NCBI GenBank assembly: GCA_035652395.1
Contig: DASRDX010000009.1
Location: 208,411 to 272,410 of the forward strand
Reading direction: 5' to 3'
DNA from: Minisyncoccota bacterium
GTDB taxonomy: Bacteria; Patescibacteriota; Minisyncoccia; Phycocordibacterales; CAJBRS01
Length of the DNA stretch: 64,000 bases
The notes under the pieces were generated by a model. It was not told where the DNA came from, did not search any database, and saw only the letters and a list, made by a program, of their open reading frames with translations. The translations under genes and the position numbers were made by a program. Below are positions 50,952 to 59,438 of the stretch, in pieces; the stretch's first letter is position 1, and the number at the start of each line of letters is the position of its first letter.

Positions 50952-51239
50952 ATGAAAAATGCTACTTCGAAAGCAAAAGCTAAAAAGAAGAAAAGTGGAT
51001 CTCGTCCACGAGGAAAGATTTCCCCAAAGAAGCAGGGCAGCTCTTCAAAAATCATCAGTTTTGCTAAAGCCAGCCGACTGATAAAGAAAGGACGAGTCAG
51101 ACTGAAATTCGTCGGAGGTATGGCGGAATTGGAGTTCAGTTCCGAGGTTATCCAAGAGACTGGTCATTGCCCCTGCGGTCTTATCGAGTGTGGCGGATTA
51201 ATGGCCATAAGATTCTTGGACGGGAAGCCTCTTTCTTGA
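50952..51239 (+). CDS. Small basic hypothetical protein
   Basis: TTGACA promoter at 50916 upstream and a terminator downstream; Lys-rich N-terminus, CPCG...C. Confidence 0.55.
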   Translation: MKNATSKAKAKKKKSGSRPRGKISPKKQGSSSKIISFAKASRLIKKGRVRLKFVGGMAELEFSSEVIQETGHCPCGLIECGGLMAIRFLDGKPLS

Positions 51240-51252
51240 ATTCAATCTATTC

Positions 51253-51285
51253 AAAGACTCTGCCCTTGGTAGAGTCTTTTTATTT
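51253..51285 (+). terminator. Intrinsic terminator
   Basis: AAAGACTCTGCC-CTT-GGTAGAGTCTTT followed by TTATTT. Confidence 0.75.
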
Positions 51286-51311
51286 AAATAAAAACTGCGC
51301 TAAAACGCAGT

Positions 51312-51611
51312 TCAAGCTTTAGTTAGGCGCCGAAGACTGCCACGAACAGGAATCAAGCGGATCTCCATACCTGTTAACCGATATTCAAAAATTCCAACTT
51401 GATATTTATAGAAGAGCTCAAATCCAGCCGGCCCGTGTAGGTATTCATATGTAATGTGGTATAGAAGTTCGTCCTGAAGGCCGAAATCGCAACTGTTTAT
51501 ATTGATCCATTCCTTAAGGGTCAGGGTACAAATGTCACCATTCCAGCTATAAGCCGAGGCCACGTGTTGGCAGCTGAAAAGTAGACAAAGGGCAAATAGG
51601 AGTTTTTTCAT
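51312..51611 (-). CDS. Small secreted hypothetical protein
   Basis: Signal peptide MKKLLFALCLLFSCQHVASA; hairpin plus U-tract at its 3' end. Confidence 0.65.
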   Translation of the reverse strand: MKKLLFALCLLFSCQHVASAYSWNGDICTLTLKEWININSCDFGLQDELLYHITYEYLHGPAGFELFYKYQVGIFEYRLTGMEIRLIPVRGSLRRLTKA

Positions 51612-51646
51612 CTGCTCTAAAGTATAGCCATCCGGCCTAGAAAAAG

Positions 51647-51655
51647 TTATCCACA
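51647..51655 (+). promoter_or_regulatory. DnaA box
   Basis: Exact TTATCCACA, 9 nt upstream of the -35. Confidence 0.55.
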
Positions 51656-51664
51656 GCCCTATAG

Positions 51665-51694
51665 TTGACAGGTGAACTATGGTTCACCTATACT
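51665..51694 (+). promoter_or_regulatory. lexA operon promoter with LexA operator (SOS box)
   Basis: TTGACA-N18-TATACT; the spacer holds AGGTGAAC-TATG-GTTCACCT (51670-51689) with a GAAC-N4-GTTC core. Confidence 0.8.
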
Positions 51695-51700
51695 ATAGAC

Positions 51701-51901
51701 ATGGGTAAAAGTCAGATTTTAAACAAAATTAGATATGAGCTCGACAAGTTAAATGAGCAGATCGATCTAGCTATTATTGAGGGCCGCAACTACAAATCTT
51801 TGGCTAGTAAACATAAGATTTTGCTTTCCCGATTCAACCGATTGCAGAGTGAGGGAAGTTCTTTACTAACTAAAAGCTTTCGTTTCTTAACGTTATTTTA
51901 A
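51701..51901 (+). CDS. Small helical protein co-transcribed with lexA
   Basis: ATG 6 nt after the -10; 66 aa MGKSQILNKIRYELDKLNEQID...FRFLTLF*; ends 1 nt before lexA. Confidence 0.7.
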   Translation: MGKSQILNKIRYELDKLNEQIDLAIIEGRNYKSLASKHKILLSRFNRLQSEGSSLLTKSFRFLTLF

Positions 51902-51902
51902 G

Positions 51903-52475
51903 ATGAACATGGATCATAAAGATAAAATCATCGGTTTCTATCAAAAGCACGGACGATTGCCGGGCTACAAAGAAATGATGAGCATGCTCGGTTTCAAATC
52001 CAAGAATGCCGTTTTTAAGCTGATTAATAAGCTGGTAGATGAAGGAATTCTGAATAAAGACAGCAACGGTCGCATCAGTCTCAACTCCATTTTTGATGAA
52101 ATCCCTTTACTCGGTTTGGTAGAAGCTGGTATTCCGGAAACGGCGGAAGAGATCCGGGGTGACACCATTAGTCTTGAAGATTTCTTGGTGGAGAATAAAG
52201 ATTCTACTTATCTTCTGGAGGTTAAGGGTGATTCCATGATTGATGCTCATATTGAGGAAGGGGATATGGTACTGGTCGATCGCAAAGGTAAGCCAAAGGA
52301 AGGAGATATTGTTATCGCCGAAGTCGACGGAGGCTGGACTATGAAGTATCTGCGCCGCGACAGTCGAACCGGCAAGCACTATCTTCAGCCGGCTAATAAG
52401 AATTACCGCAATATTTATCCGGAATATGAGATGAAAATCGCCGCCATTGTTCGGGCAGTTATCAGAAAATATTAA
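51903..52475 (+). CDS. lexA: LexA repressor
   Basis: N-terminal wHTH (P.Y.E....GFKS.NAV), cleavage site VEAG.P, catalytic Ser in GDSM and Lys in TMK. Confidence 0.9.
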   Translation: MNMDHKDKIIGFYQKHGRLPGYKEMMSMLGFKSKNAVFKLINKLVDEGILNKDSNGRISLNSIFDEIPLLGLVEAGIPETAEEIRGDTISLEDFLVENKDSTYLLEVKGDSMIDAHIEEGDMVLVDRKGKPKEGDIVIAEVDGGWTMKYLRRDSRTGKHYLQPANKNYRNIYPEYEMKIAAIVRAVIRKY

Positions 52476-52522
52476 TTAGGTCATTAAAGTAAGATTTATC
52501 AACCGTTTACGTCATCAAAAAC

Positions 52523-52645
52523 ATGTTGTATTACGATTATCAAACTAAGGAGAGACGACTTCAGAGAGCAAAGCATCGCTTTGCCAGTCATTTCCAGATC
52601 TTTTTGAAGTTCCACAATAAGCTCGTCACTCTTTCTTTATTTTAG
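52523..52645 (+). CDS. Possible 40-aa small ORF downstream of lexA
   Basis: Translated by hand: MLYYDYQTKERRLQRAKHRFASHFQIFLKFHNKLVTLSLF*; lies before the terminator hairpin. Confidence 0.4.
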   Translation: MLYYDYQTKERRLQRAKHRFASHFQIFLKFHNKLVTLSLF

Positions 52646-52667
52646 TTAGGTCTTAGTTAAATCGGCG

Positions 52668-52712
52668 GTTAGCTTGTTAGGAATTTACTCCTAACGGCTA
52701 ACTTTCTGATTT
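52668..52712 (+). terminator. Terminator-like hairpin of the lexA operon
   Basis: GTTAGCTTGTTAGGA-ATTTAC-TCCTAACGGCTAAC followed by TTTCT. Confidence 0.6.
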
Positions 52713-52731
52713 ACTGGCCCACTATTTTTAT

Positions 52732-53880
52732 ATGGAGCCTTTAGCCTCGCGTATTAGGCCTCGGAGTTTGAAGGAATTTATCGGTCAATCTCACTTAGTG
52801 GGCCGCGGAAAGTCTTTGGCTATTGCTATTAAAGAGAAGCATCTTTTTTCTTTTATTTTGTGGGGACCGCCGGGGGTCGGAAAAACTACTCTGGCTAAAA
52901 TTTATGCTGACGCTCTAGATGTGGAGTTTCATCATCTCTCGGCTGTCTCGGCCGGCAAAGATGACATTAAGCAATTGGTGGGGAAGGGTAATCTCCTTTC
53001 CAAACCGAAGTTGCTTTTTCTCGATGAGATACATCGTTTTAACAAAGCCCAGCAGGATTTTTTGTTGCCTTACGTAGAAAGTGGCGAAATTACTTTAATC
53101 GGAGCCACCACAGAAAATCCGAGTTTTGAAGTTATTCCGGCTTTGCTTAGTCGCTGTCGGGTATTTGTCCTAAATGAGTTGACTGATGCGGAGATGTCTA
53201 AAATTATTGATCGAACCGGCCTGAAGCTTTCTAAAGATTCAAAAGAGTGGCTAATTGGTATGGCCAATGGTGATGCCCGACAGGCCATTACTATGCTTGA
53301 AGCCGTTTCGAAACTTTATGATGAAATTACTCCCAAGACTCTGGCGGAAACTTTGCAGAGCAAATTTTTGCGTTTTGATAAGAAAGGAGAAGAGCATTAC
53401 AACACTATAAGTGCTTTCATTAAAAGTATGCGCGCCAGTCAACCGGACGCGGCGCTATATTATCTGGCCAGAATGATTGAGAGCGGAGAGGATCCAAAAT
53501 TTATTGCTCGCAGAATGGTTATCTTTGCCTCGGAAGATATCGGACAGGCTAACCCAACCTCCTTAGTAGTGGCCAATGAAGTGTTTAAGGCGGTTGAGAT
53601 AATTGGATTACCGGAATGCGCCATTAACTTGGCTGACGGCACGGTTTATTTGTGCCGTCAGCCAAAATCGAAGGCCTCTTACGAGGCCTTCGGCCGCGCC
53701 ATGGAAGATGCCAAAAAATTCGGCAATCTTCCAATTCCACTAAAGATTCGCAATGCTCCCACCAAACTGATGAAAGATCTCGGCTATCACAAAGGATATG
53801 AACGCTACAGCAAAGAAGACCTTCTTCCGGAAAAATTAAAAGGGAAGAAGTATTATAAAAATGATAAGAGTAAGTTATAA
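52732..53880 (+). CDS. rarA: Replication-associated recombination protein A
   Basis: PLA.R.RP..L.EFIGQ, GPPGVGKTT, DEIHRFNK.QQD, ATTENP, ISAFIKS.R.S, ASEDIG.A. Confidence 0.97.
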   Translation: MEPLASRIRPRSLKEFIGQSHLVGRGKSLAIAIKEKHLFSFILWGPPGVGKTTLAKIYADALDVEFHHLSAVSAGKDDIKQLVGKGNLLSKPKLLFLDEIHRFNKAQQDFLLPYVESGEITLIGATTENPSFEVIPALLSRCRVFVLNELTDAEMSKIIDRTGLKLSKDSKEWLIGMANGDARQAITMLEAVSKLYDEITPKTLAETLQSKFLRFDKKGEEHYNTISAFIKSMRASQPDAALYYLARMIESGEDPKFIARRMVIFASEDIGQANPTSLVVANEVFKAVEIIGLPECAINLADGTVYLCRQPKSKASYEAFGRAMEDAKKFGNLPIPLKIRNAPTKLMKDLGYHKGYERYSKEDLLPEKLKGKKYYKNDKSKL

Positions 53881-53911
53881 TTGAGGAACTTAATAATTAA
53901 GTTAAACTTCT

Positions 53912-54502
53912 ATGATCAAATGGAATGAGTATACTTGGTATTCGCGGCTTGCCGCTTTAATCGTCTTTATTCTTCTTCTGCCGATTTTGACTTTTTACTT
54001 GGGAGTTCAATATCAGAAAACTGCGGATGTTTTGAGTTTATCGGCGAATGCGCCGCTACCGGCTGGCAATTATTCAAATAGTGGAGGATCCATTCCAGTC
54101 ACCATTGTAACTTCCACTACTACTTCCACCACCACTGTCATTACAACTACGAGCAAACCTCAAATCAATTCATTGAATCCCTCAAGTGGTAGCGCTGGCA
54201 CAGAAGTAACTATTAGCGGTTTAAATTTTGATCGAAATTCCAATCAAATCACTTTTGGCAGTTCCAATGGTCGCCATCATCCGGATGGATCGGCTGATAA
54301 CGTTATTGCCAATGTTGGTTCGGCTGATGGCAAAACTTTAACTTTTACCGTTCCCGCCAGTGGTCCATCCGGCATTCTTTGTAGCAGCGCCGGATCTTGT
54401 ATTGGAATTTCCGCTCTGCGTCTAACTTCCGGAACTTATCCTGTCAGTGTCATCAATAAAAATGGCACTAGTAATGTTGTTCAATTTAGCCTGACTGAGT
54501 AA
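53912..54502 (+). CDS. Membrane-anchored IPT/TIG-domain protein
   Basis: TM, Thr-rich linker, P.I.SLNP.SG..GT.VTI.G.NF...LTFTVP...G.Y.VSV.N..G.SN. Confidence 0.8.
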   Translation: MIKWNEYTWYSRLAALIVFILLLPILTFYLGVQYQKTADVLSLSANAPLPAGNYSNSGGSIPVTIVTSTTTSTTTVITTTSKPQINSLNPSSGSAGTEVTISGLNFDRNSNQITFGSSNGRHHPDGSADNVIANVGSADGKTLTFTVPASGPSGILCSSAGSCIGISALRLTSGTYPVSVINKNGTSNVVQFSLTE

Positions 54503-54981
54503 TGGCTGTTCATCCAGAAGTAAAGATCGGTCACGTCCATTTAAAGGTGGCCGATCTTGATAGAGCCTTGAAATTTTATAGAGATCTTCTGGGCTTTGAG
54601 GTGACTGCTCGGTATGGCGCCGGAGCGGTTTTTCTTTCGGCCGGAGGCTATCACCACCACATTGGTTTAAATACTTGGGAAAGTCTGGGAGGAACTCCGC
54701 CAGCAGCAGGTCACACAGGCTTGTATCACTTTGCGATTTTGTATCCAAGTCGAAAAGAGCTGGCCACAGTCTTGCAGAAATTAATTGAAGCTGATTATCC
54801 ATTGACTGGCGCTTCCGATCATGGTGTTTCCGAAGCTATTTATCTCAATGATCCTGATGGTAATGGGGTGGAACTTTATGTTGATCGACCTCGTTCAGAA
54901 TGGAAAGTTAAAAATGATGGGGAAGTGGAAATGATTACCGAGCCTCTCGATTTGGAAGATTTGCTTAAGACTTTGGATTAA
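54502..54981 (+). CDS. VOC (glyoxalase/extradiol dioxygenase-like) protein
   Basis: IGHVHLKVADL, GGYHHHIGLNTW, GLYHFAIL, DHGVSEAIYL.DPDGNGVELY. Confidence 0.92.
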   Translation: MAVHPEVKIGHVHLKVADLDRALKFYRDLLGFEVTARYGAGAVFLSAGGYHHHIGLNTWESLGGTPPAAGHTGLYHFAILYPSRKELATVLQKLIEADYPLTGASDHGVSEAIYLNDPDGNGVELYVDRPRSEWKVKNDGEVEMITEPLDLEDLLKTLD

Positions 54982-55018
54982 AAATAAAAACTCGATATCG
55001 CATGTTGCTAATCGAGTC
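54982..55018 (-). terminator. Hairpin between convergent genes
   Basis: ACTCGAT...ATCGAGT stem with an A-tract on its left (U-tract on the minus strand). Confidence 0.5.
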
Positions 55019-55133
55019 TGGATTCATTGAATTTTTGACACATCTGTTTCCATGTTTGGAAACCTATTCGTGAAAGAAAGACCAGAACGATTAAACGATT
55101 ACCAGGAGAATTCCCACGCCCTACAAAATCTGC

Positions 55134-55508
55134 TTAAGAGACATGGTGATAAATCCTCCTAATCATTCGTGGACTATCGAAGGCCACGTTTATCAAATCC
55201 TCTGATGTAGCTACTCGCGAGTAGCAGTACAAGAGTTCGAGATGGTCACACTGACGACACCATCTGGTGGTGATTTTGTGGTAATGCGCCCGTGGCTCTG
55301 ACTCATTGAAGTAGACCACTAAACGATTGCAGGTAATAACTATAGTGGTCACCTCCAGACTTTTGCAACTTCGACAGGCTGGACGCTTTTTGATCCTTCT
55401 GGTAAGTCTGCTTAGACTATAGAAGCTTAACCAGAGAGCCAAAGAGATGGGTCCCCAGAGAAAAAAGTAAAGAAAAAGGTAAAAAAGAACATGAGAAAAT
55501 GTACTCAT
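55134..55508 (-). CDS. Hypothetical TM plus Zn-ribbon protein
   Basis: N-terminal TM; CRSC...CRQC. Confidence 0.6.
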   Translation of the reverse strand: MSTFSHVLFYLFLYFFLWGPISLALWLSFYSLSRLTRRIKKRPACRSCKSLEVTTIVITCNRLVVYFNESEPRAHYHKITTRWCRQCDHLELLYCYSRVATSEDLINVAFDSPRMIRRIYHHVS

Positions 55509-55621
55509 CTAATTTCTAGATTAAATTAAGATAAAGAAAAAATCAAACCCAACCAAGATAAATAAGCCCTCTAGACTTATCTTATAAATCTTATAAATGT
55601 GAAATAAAATGCCAGACCTCT

Positions 55622-56380
55622 TTAGTCTGACAGCTCCGTTTCAACCACCAACATTAAGTGGTCCGAAAAAGCCTTGGCTTTCGGAATGTAGCAGTTAATT
55701 GACCGGAAATGATGGCTGAGAAAGATGTAATCTCGCGGCTGCTTTGGATTCCACGAAGGATAGGTCGGGAGACTACAGCAATGATTTAGCGGTGTCTTCT
55801 GAAGCAAGACCTCAAGATCCCGTGCCTCCTTATCCTTTCTGGTATTGAAATCGCCCATTAGGATTAACGGCTCCGACCGATCTTTCAGCACTTCAATGAT
55901 CTCTCCAATCTGAATTCGCCGATTTTTAGTCTGAAGAGCCAAATGACAAATGAAGACACTCATTTTCTGGCCCCCAACATCGATCGCGCCTTCTTCCAGT
56001 GCCATTCGCATCAATTTATTGTAAATACGATGCGAATCAAATCTCTTGATCGGAAACTGCGTCAGAAGTGCATTTCCTTCATAAAAGAAGAATTTGCCGT
56101 ACTTCTGTGACGAATAGAAATGAGTTTCGGCCAGATCGGAGCTTCCGGAGAGAACCTTGAGTTGTGATTCAGATCCTCCTCGAAGTGAGGGTTCCGAGAT
56201 TTCAGTTACGCCGGCAATCTGAATCCCTTCTTTTTTAAGGATTTCTCCTGCCTGTCTGATCGGGGCGTCGGAATGAGGCAGCCAATACCGCCAACCAGTT
56301 AAAAAGAAATCATGAAGACCGCGGGTAGTAGCTACTCCCGATTGAAGATTTAAAGTGGCAATTTTGATTTTAGTCGACAT
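55622..56380 (-). CDS. Endonuclease/exonuclease/phosphatase family protein
   Basis: IATLN, E, GNALLT, HL, ILMGDFN, TYPS..P...DYIF, SDH. Confidence 0.92.
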   Translation of the reverse strand: MSTKIKIATLNLQSGVATTRGLHDFFLTGWRYWLPHSDAPIRQAGEILKKEGIQIAGVTEISEPSLRGGSESQLKVLSGSSDLAETHFYSSQKYGKFFFYEGNALLTQFPIKRFDSHRIYNKLMRMALEEGAIDVGGQKMSVFICHLALQTKNRRIQIGEIIEVLKDRSEPLILMGDFNTRKDKEARDLEVLLQKTPLNHCCSLPTYPSWNPKQPRDYIFLSHHFRSINCYIPKAKAFSDHLMLVVETELSD

Positions 56381-56408
56381 AAATCTAACTCTGTATTAGC
56401 ATAAAAGT

Positions 56409-56960
56409 ATGGATACCGCTACTTATCTTATCATCGGAGGCTTTGTTGCAGGCATTGCCGGAACAGTGATTTTAAAATCCATAAAATTAACACCCAAGCA
56501 ATTTTTCGGCTGGATGCTGGTTTTATTTGCGGGGATATACATCATAATTCAGATTTATGGGGCGGTTGAGTATGCTTACGTGGCCAACGCCGATTGTCAT
56601 AAATACTTAGGCTGTGGGGTTGAATTTTTCGGTTACGACGCCTTTGAGCATTTCTTTTCAGGACTTTTATTTTGGTTTTTAATATTGTGGCTCTGCCAGC
56701 TTTTCCCAAAATATTCAATCCTTCATGAAAGTCGTTGGAAAAATTTCCTTATCCTGGTTTCTCTTTCCACTTTATTTTTTGTCCTTTGGGAAATAGGGGA
56801 GTGCCTCCACGATATTTTCCGCCTTCAGATCGTTCACGAGCCTATTCTTAGCTACAACCTCCGCTTCAATCTGCTAGATCAGCCAACAAACCTAGACACC
56901 ATGGGTGACTTAATTTTCGGTTTGCTTAGCTCAATTGTTGGATTTCTCATCAGTCTTTAA
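56409..56960 (+). CDS. Integral membrane protein
   Basis: Multiple TMs; YD..EHF..G, WE..E, DT..D motifs (DUF2238/VanZ-like pattern). Confidence 0.7.
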   Translation: MDTATYLIIGGFVAGIAGTVILKSIKLTPKQFFGWMLVLFAGIYIIIQIYGAVEYAYVANADCHKYLGCGVEFFGYDAFEHFFSGLLFWFLILWLCQLFPKYSILHESRWKNFLILVSLSTLFFVLWEIGECLHDIFRLQIVHEPILSYNLRFNLLDQPTNLDTMGDLIFGLLSSIVGFLISL

Positions 56961-56992
56961 AATTACGCGTTCTATTTTGCTATAATTTCTCC

Positions 56993-57652
56993 ATGATTTT
57001 CCCGACCTTAAAAAATAAGGCCTTTGGGTATGTAAACCTAAATACTGAAGCGGAACTGTGGCTTAAAGATCAGAAACCAGCTTTAAAAGAAAATGCTTTA
57101 CTTGATCCTGAAGTGAATACTAAAATGGTTGCTGATGTGCACAAAAAATATGGAATTGATTTTTCGTATGGTGGTTGGATGGAAGACAGAAGTTTTTTGG
57201 GGCGCGGAACATATCTTGAGCCTCTAAATACTTATCTCCACCTTGGTGTTGATATTAATGCCCCGGTTGGAACAGAAATAGCTGCCGATTTTAATGCAGA
57301 AGTGATTTTGATTGATGACGATTATCCGGAAGAAGGGGGTTGGGGACCAAGAGTTATGCTGAAACATCAATCAAAACCGGTGTATTTTATTTACGGACAT
57401 TTGGACAAAGAAATTTCGTTTACGAAGGGAGAAAAAATTACAAAAGGACAAGTATTCGCCCGGATCGGTAAGGCTCCTTACAATGGAAATTGGTTTCCTC
57501 ATGTACACGTTCAAGTAATTAGAGAGGATTTCTATAAACAGCTAGAAAAGGAAAATGCTGTAGAAGATCTTGATGGTTACGGCTCTTGGGAGAATTTAGC
57601 GAATCACGCTTTTAGATTTCCTGACCCACTCCAATACATATCACTTACATAG
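56993..57652 (+). CDS. M23 family peptidase without signal peptide
   Basis: HLGVD, YGHL, NGNW.PHVH.Q. Confidence 0.85.
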   Translation: MIFPTLKNKAFGYVNLNTEAELWLKDQKPALKENALLDPEVNTKMVADVHKKYGIDFSYGGWMEDRSFLGRGTYLEPLNTYLHLGVDINAPVGTEIAADFNAEVILIDDDYPEEGGWGPRVMLKHQSKPVYFIYGHLDKEISFTKGEKITKGQVFARIGKAPYNGNWFPHVHVQVIREDFYKQLEKENAVEDLDGYGSWENLANHAFRFPDPLQYISLT

Positions 57653-57678
57653 CTTAAACGGTAATCAAAAATTAATTC

Positions 57679-58029
57679 ATGCTAAAACAAAATCTTTACG
57701 CCACATCGTTCGCCAAGGTTTATCCTTACTATATTGCCAAGGCGGAGAAAAAAGGACGCACGAAAGCGGAAGTTGATAAGATTATCTGCTGGTTAACCGG
57801 CTACACCCAAAAACAATTTGAAAAACAACTCGAAAAGGGAACTGACTTCGAGACTTTCTATACCAAAGCGCCTAAGCCTAACCCCAAGAGATCCTTAATA
57901 AAAGGCGTGATCTGTGGTGTTCGAGTTGAAGAAATTAAGGACAAAGTAATGCGAGAACTCCGTTATTTAGACAAACTGATTGATGAATTGGCCAAAGGAA
58001 AGCCTATGGAGCAAATTTTACGGAAGTAA
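57679..58029 (+). CDS. DUF2200 family protein
   Basis: [24 protein letters not shown]...[11 protein letters not shown]...[19 protein letters not shown]. Confidence 0.9.
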   Translation: MLKQNLYATSFAKVYPYYIAKAEKKGRTKAEVDKIICWLTGYTQKQFEKQLEKGTDFETFYTKAPKPNPKRSLIKGVICGVRVEEIKDKVMRELRYLDKLIDELAKGKPMEQILRK

Positions 58030-58064
58030 GCTTAAAGCTCGAGAGGCGGTGGTGTAGCTATACC

Positions 58065-58092
58065 ATGTCGCAAAAGGTATATTGTGCGACAC
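58065..58092. other. dif-like (Xer) recombination site, candidate chromosome terminus site
   Basis: ATGTCGCAAAA-GGTATA-TTGTGCGACAC: 11-6-11 layout with near-palindromic arms, at the switch in gene orientation. Confidence 0.65.
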
Positions 58093-58173
58093 TATCTATA
58101 TATGAGAAAGGTCTCTTCCCCACAGCTATAGCGACGTGTAATACTGCATGGGGTTTTTAGTGGTTCGACTTTC

Positions 58174-58677
58174 TTATTGATGGCAAGATGTTTGACTCAG
58201 ACTTACTTCCTTTTGGACATTGTTTGCTGCTACATTACAAATCGCAAATAGAACCAAAAAGGCTAAACCCAAAATAAAACTAAACATTACAAAGTCATTT
58301 ATTCGTTCGATTTTCCTTCCTCTTTTATCCTTGAGATCATCAGACAACTTTTGATACATTTGAGGTGTAAATTCCTCTGGTGCACCAATACGGTTGTTTA
58401 TTTCCTCAAAATTTTCTGCAGAATATCTTCTACTTATGTAATAACTAAAGGCATTTGACATTAGCGAAGAAGAAAGACAGGCCCAAGAAGCCAGTAGTAG
58501 TTGAATATTCTCTAAACAAGAAGAGCCGCTATAGAAAGTAATCGATACGGCGAAAGCCCCAGCGGAAACGTATAAAAGAATTTTACTCAATTCTTCATCA
58601 GCAAGCTTTTCGCCCCATCTATTCCTCTCCAATTCTTTAAAGATGAATTCTCTAAAATTAGAATCTGACAGAGACAT
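58174..58677 (-). CDS. Hypothetical three-TM membrane protein
   Basis: Hydrophobic segments; TATAAT 6 nt before ATG. Confidence 0.7.
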   Translation of the reverse strand: MSLSDSNFREFIFKELERNRWGEKLADEELSKILLYVSAGAFAVSITFYSGSSCLENIQLLLASWACLSSSLMSNAFSYYISRRYSAENFEEINNRIGAPEEFTPQMYQKLSDDLKDKRGRKIERINDFVMFSFILGLAFLVLFAICNVAANNVQKEVSLSQTSCHQ

Positions 58678-58728
58678 TCAATTATTATACCTCTAATTTA
58701 TGCAGGATCCGACCAGGGGCTCACTTCC

Positions 58729-59157
58729 CTACCTTTTTGCTTTTACAAGATATATATTGAAAATCTTTTGGATTTTCTCTACTTCTTTGTCTTTGTCAGA
58801 TGCCTCACTCATAGCAACTTCTTTGGCAATTTCATAAAGGAGTTTTTTGGGCATGGCTAGCCATCTTTTGTTTTTATTAACGAAAGAAAAAACGGTCATC
58901 ACAGCAATTCTTTTATTTCCATTAACAAAGGCATGATTTTTCACCAAAAGGTAAAATAATATACTTACTTTTCCTATAAGCCCCTTGTAAAGATACTTTC
59001 CACCATAAGTTTGGAAAGGAGTATCTAAACAACTTTCTAACTTACCTTTATATCGAGTACCAAATTCAGGTATTGGCTCACTATATTTCATCAATGCTCG
59101 TGCTAGTGCGTGAGCCCCATATTCCACCTCCTGGATCGTAATGGGTTTTGATCTCAT
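58729..59157 (-). CDS. Doc/Fic family toxin
   Basis: HAFVNGNKRIA (Doc-type Fido motif); LES...P.QT.GG..LY; overlaps the upstream gene by ATGA. Confidence 0.9.
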   Translation of the reverse strand: MRSKPITIQEVEYGAHALARALMKYSEPIPEFGTRYKGKLESCLDTPFQTYGGKYLYKGLIGKVSILFYLLVKNHAFVNGNKRIAVMTVFSFVNKNKRWLAMPKKLLYEIAKEVAMSEASDKDKEVEKIQKIFNIYLVKAKR

Positions 59158-59414
59158 TCCTTTCCAAGTTTCTCGAAGACTTCTCGATACTCCTTTACAG
59201 CTCTTTTTACTGCCGAGTTAATTTCTTTTCGACTAGATTTGGGAAGATTGGAATCTATATGTAGATTTTTTACATCAATAATATAGTTTCTTCCAACCTT
59301 TTCAGCCGGAATTTCACCACTTTGAATCTTCTTGAATACGGCCGTTCTGCTTAATCCATATAAACGAGATATTTCAGTAGCGCTGTAGTATCTTTTGTTT
59401 GAGCCATTTTTCAT
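59154..59414 (-). CDS. HTH (excisionase/MerR-like) putative antitoxin
   Basis: YYS..EI....G.SR.AV.K.I..G.IPA.KVGR.Y.I; C-terminal helix AVKEYREVFEKL; coupled to the toxin gene. Confidence 0.8.
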   Translation of the reverse strand: MKNGSNKRYYSATEISRLYGLSRTAVFKKIQSGEIPAEKVGRNYIIDVKNLHIDSNLPKSSRKEINSAVKRAVKEYREVFEKLGKE

Positions 59415-59422
59415 ATTTGTAT

Positions 59423-59438
59423 GTTAACATATGTTAAC
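59423..59438. promoter_or_regulatory. Putative TA autorepression operator
   Basis: Perfect 16-bp palindrome GTTAACATATGTTAAC, 8 nt upstream of the antitoxin ATG. Confidence 0.6.

Noticed and set aside
51647-51655. DnaA box as a replication origin
   Set aside because: It is a single box with no cluster and no dnaA/dnaN nearby, and gene orientation converges rather than diverges in this region.
58150-58173. GGGGTTTTTAGTGGTTCGAC resembling a tmRNA 5' end or tRNA T-loop
   Set aside because: No matching acceptor stem, T-stem or CCA end was found. The GGGG pairs better with CCCCA upstream as a terminator-like hairpin.
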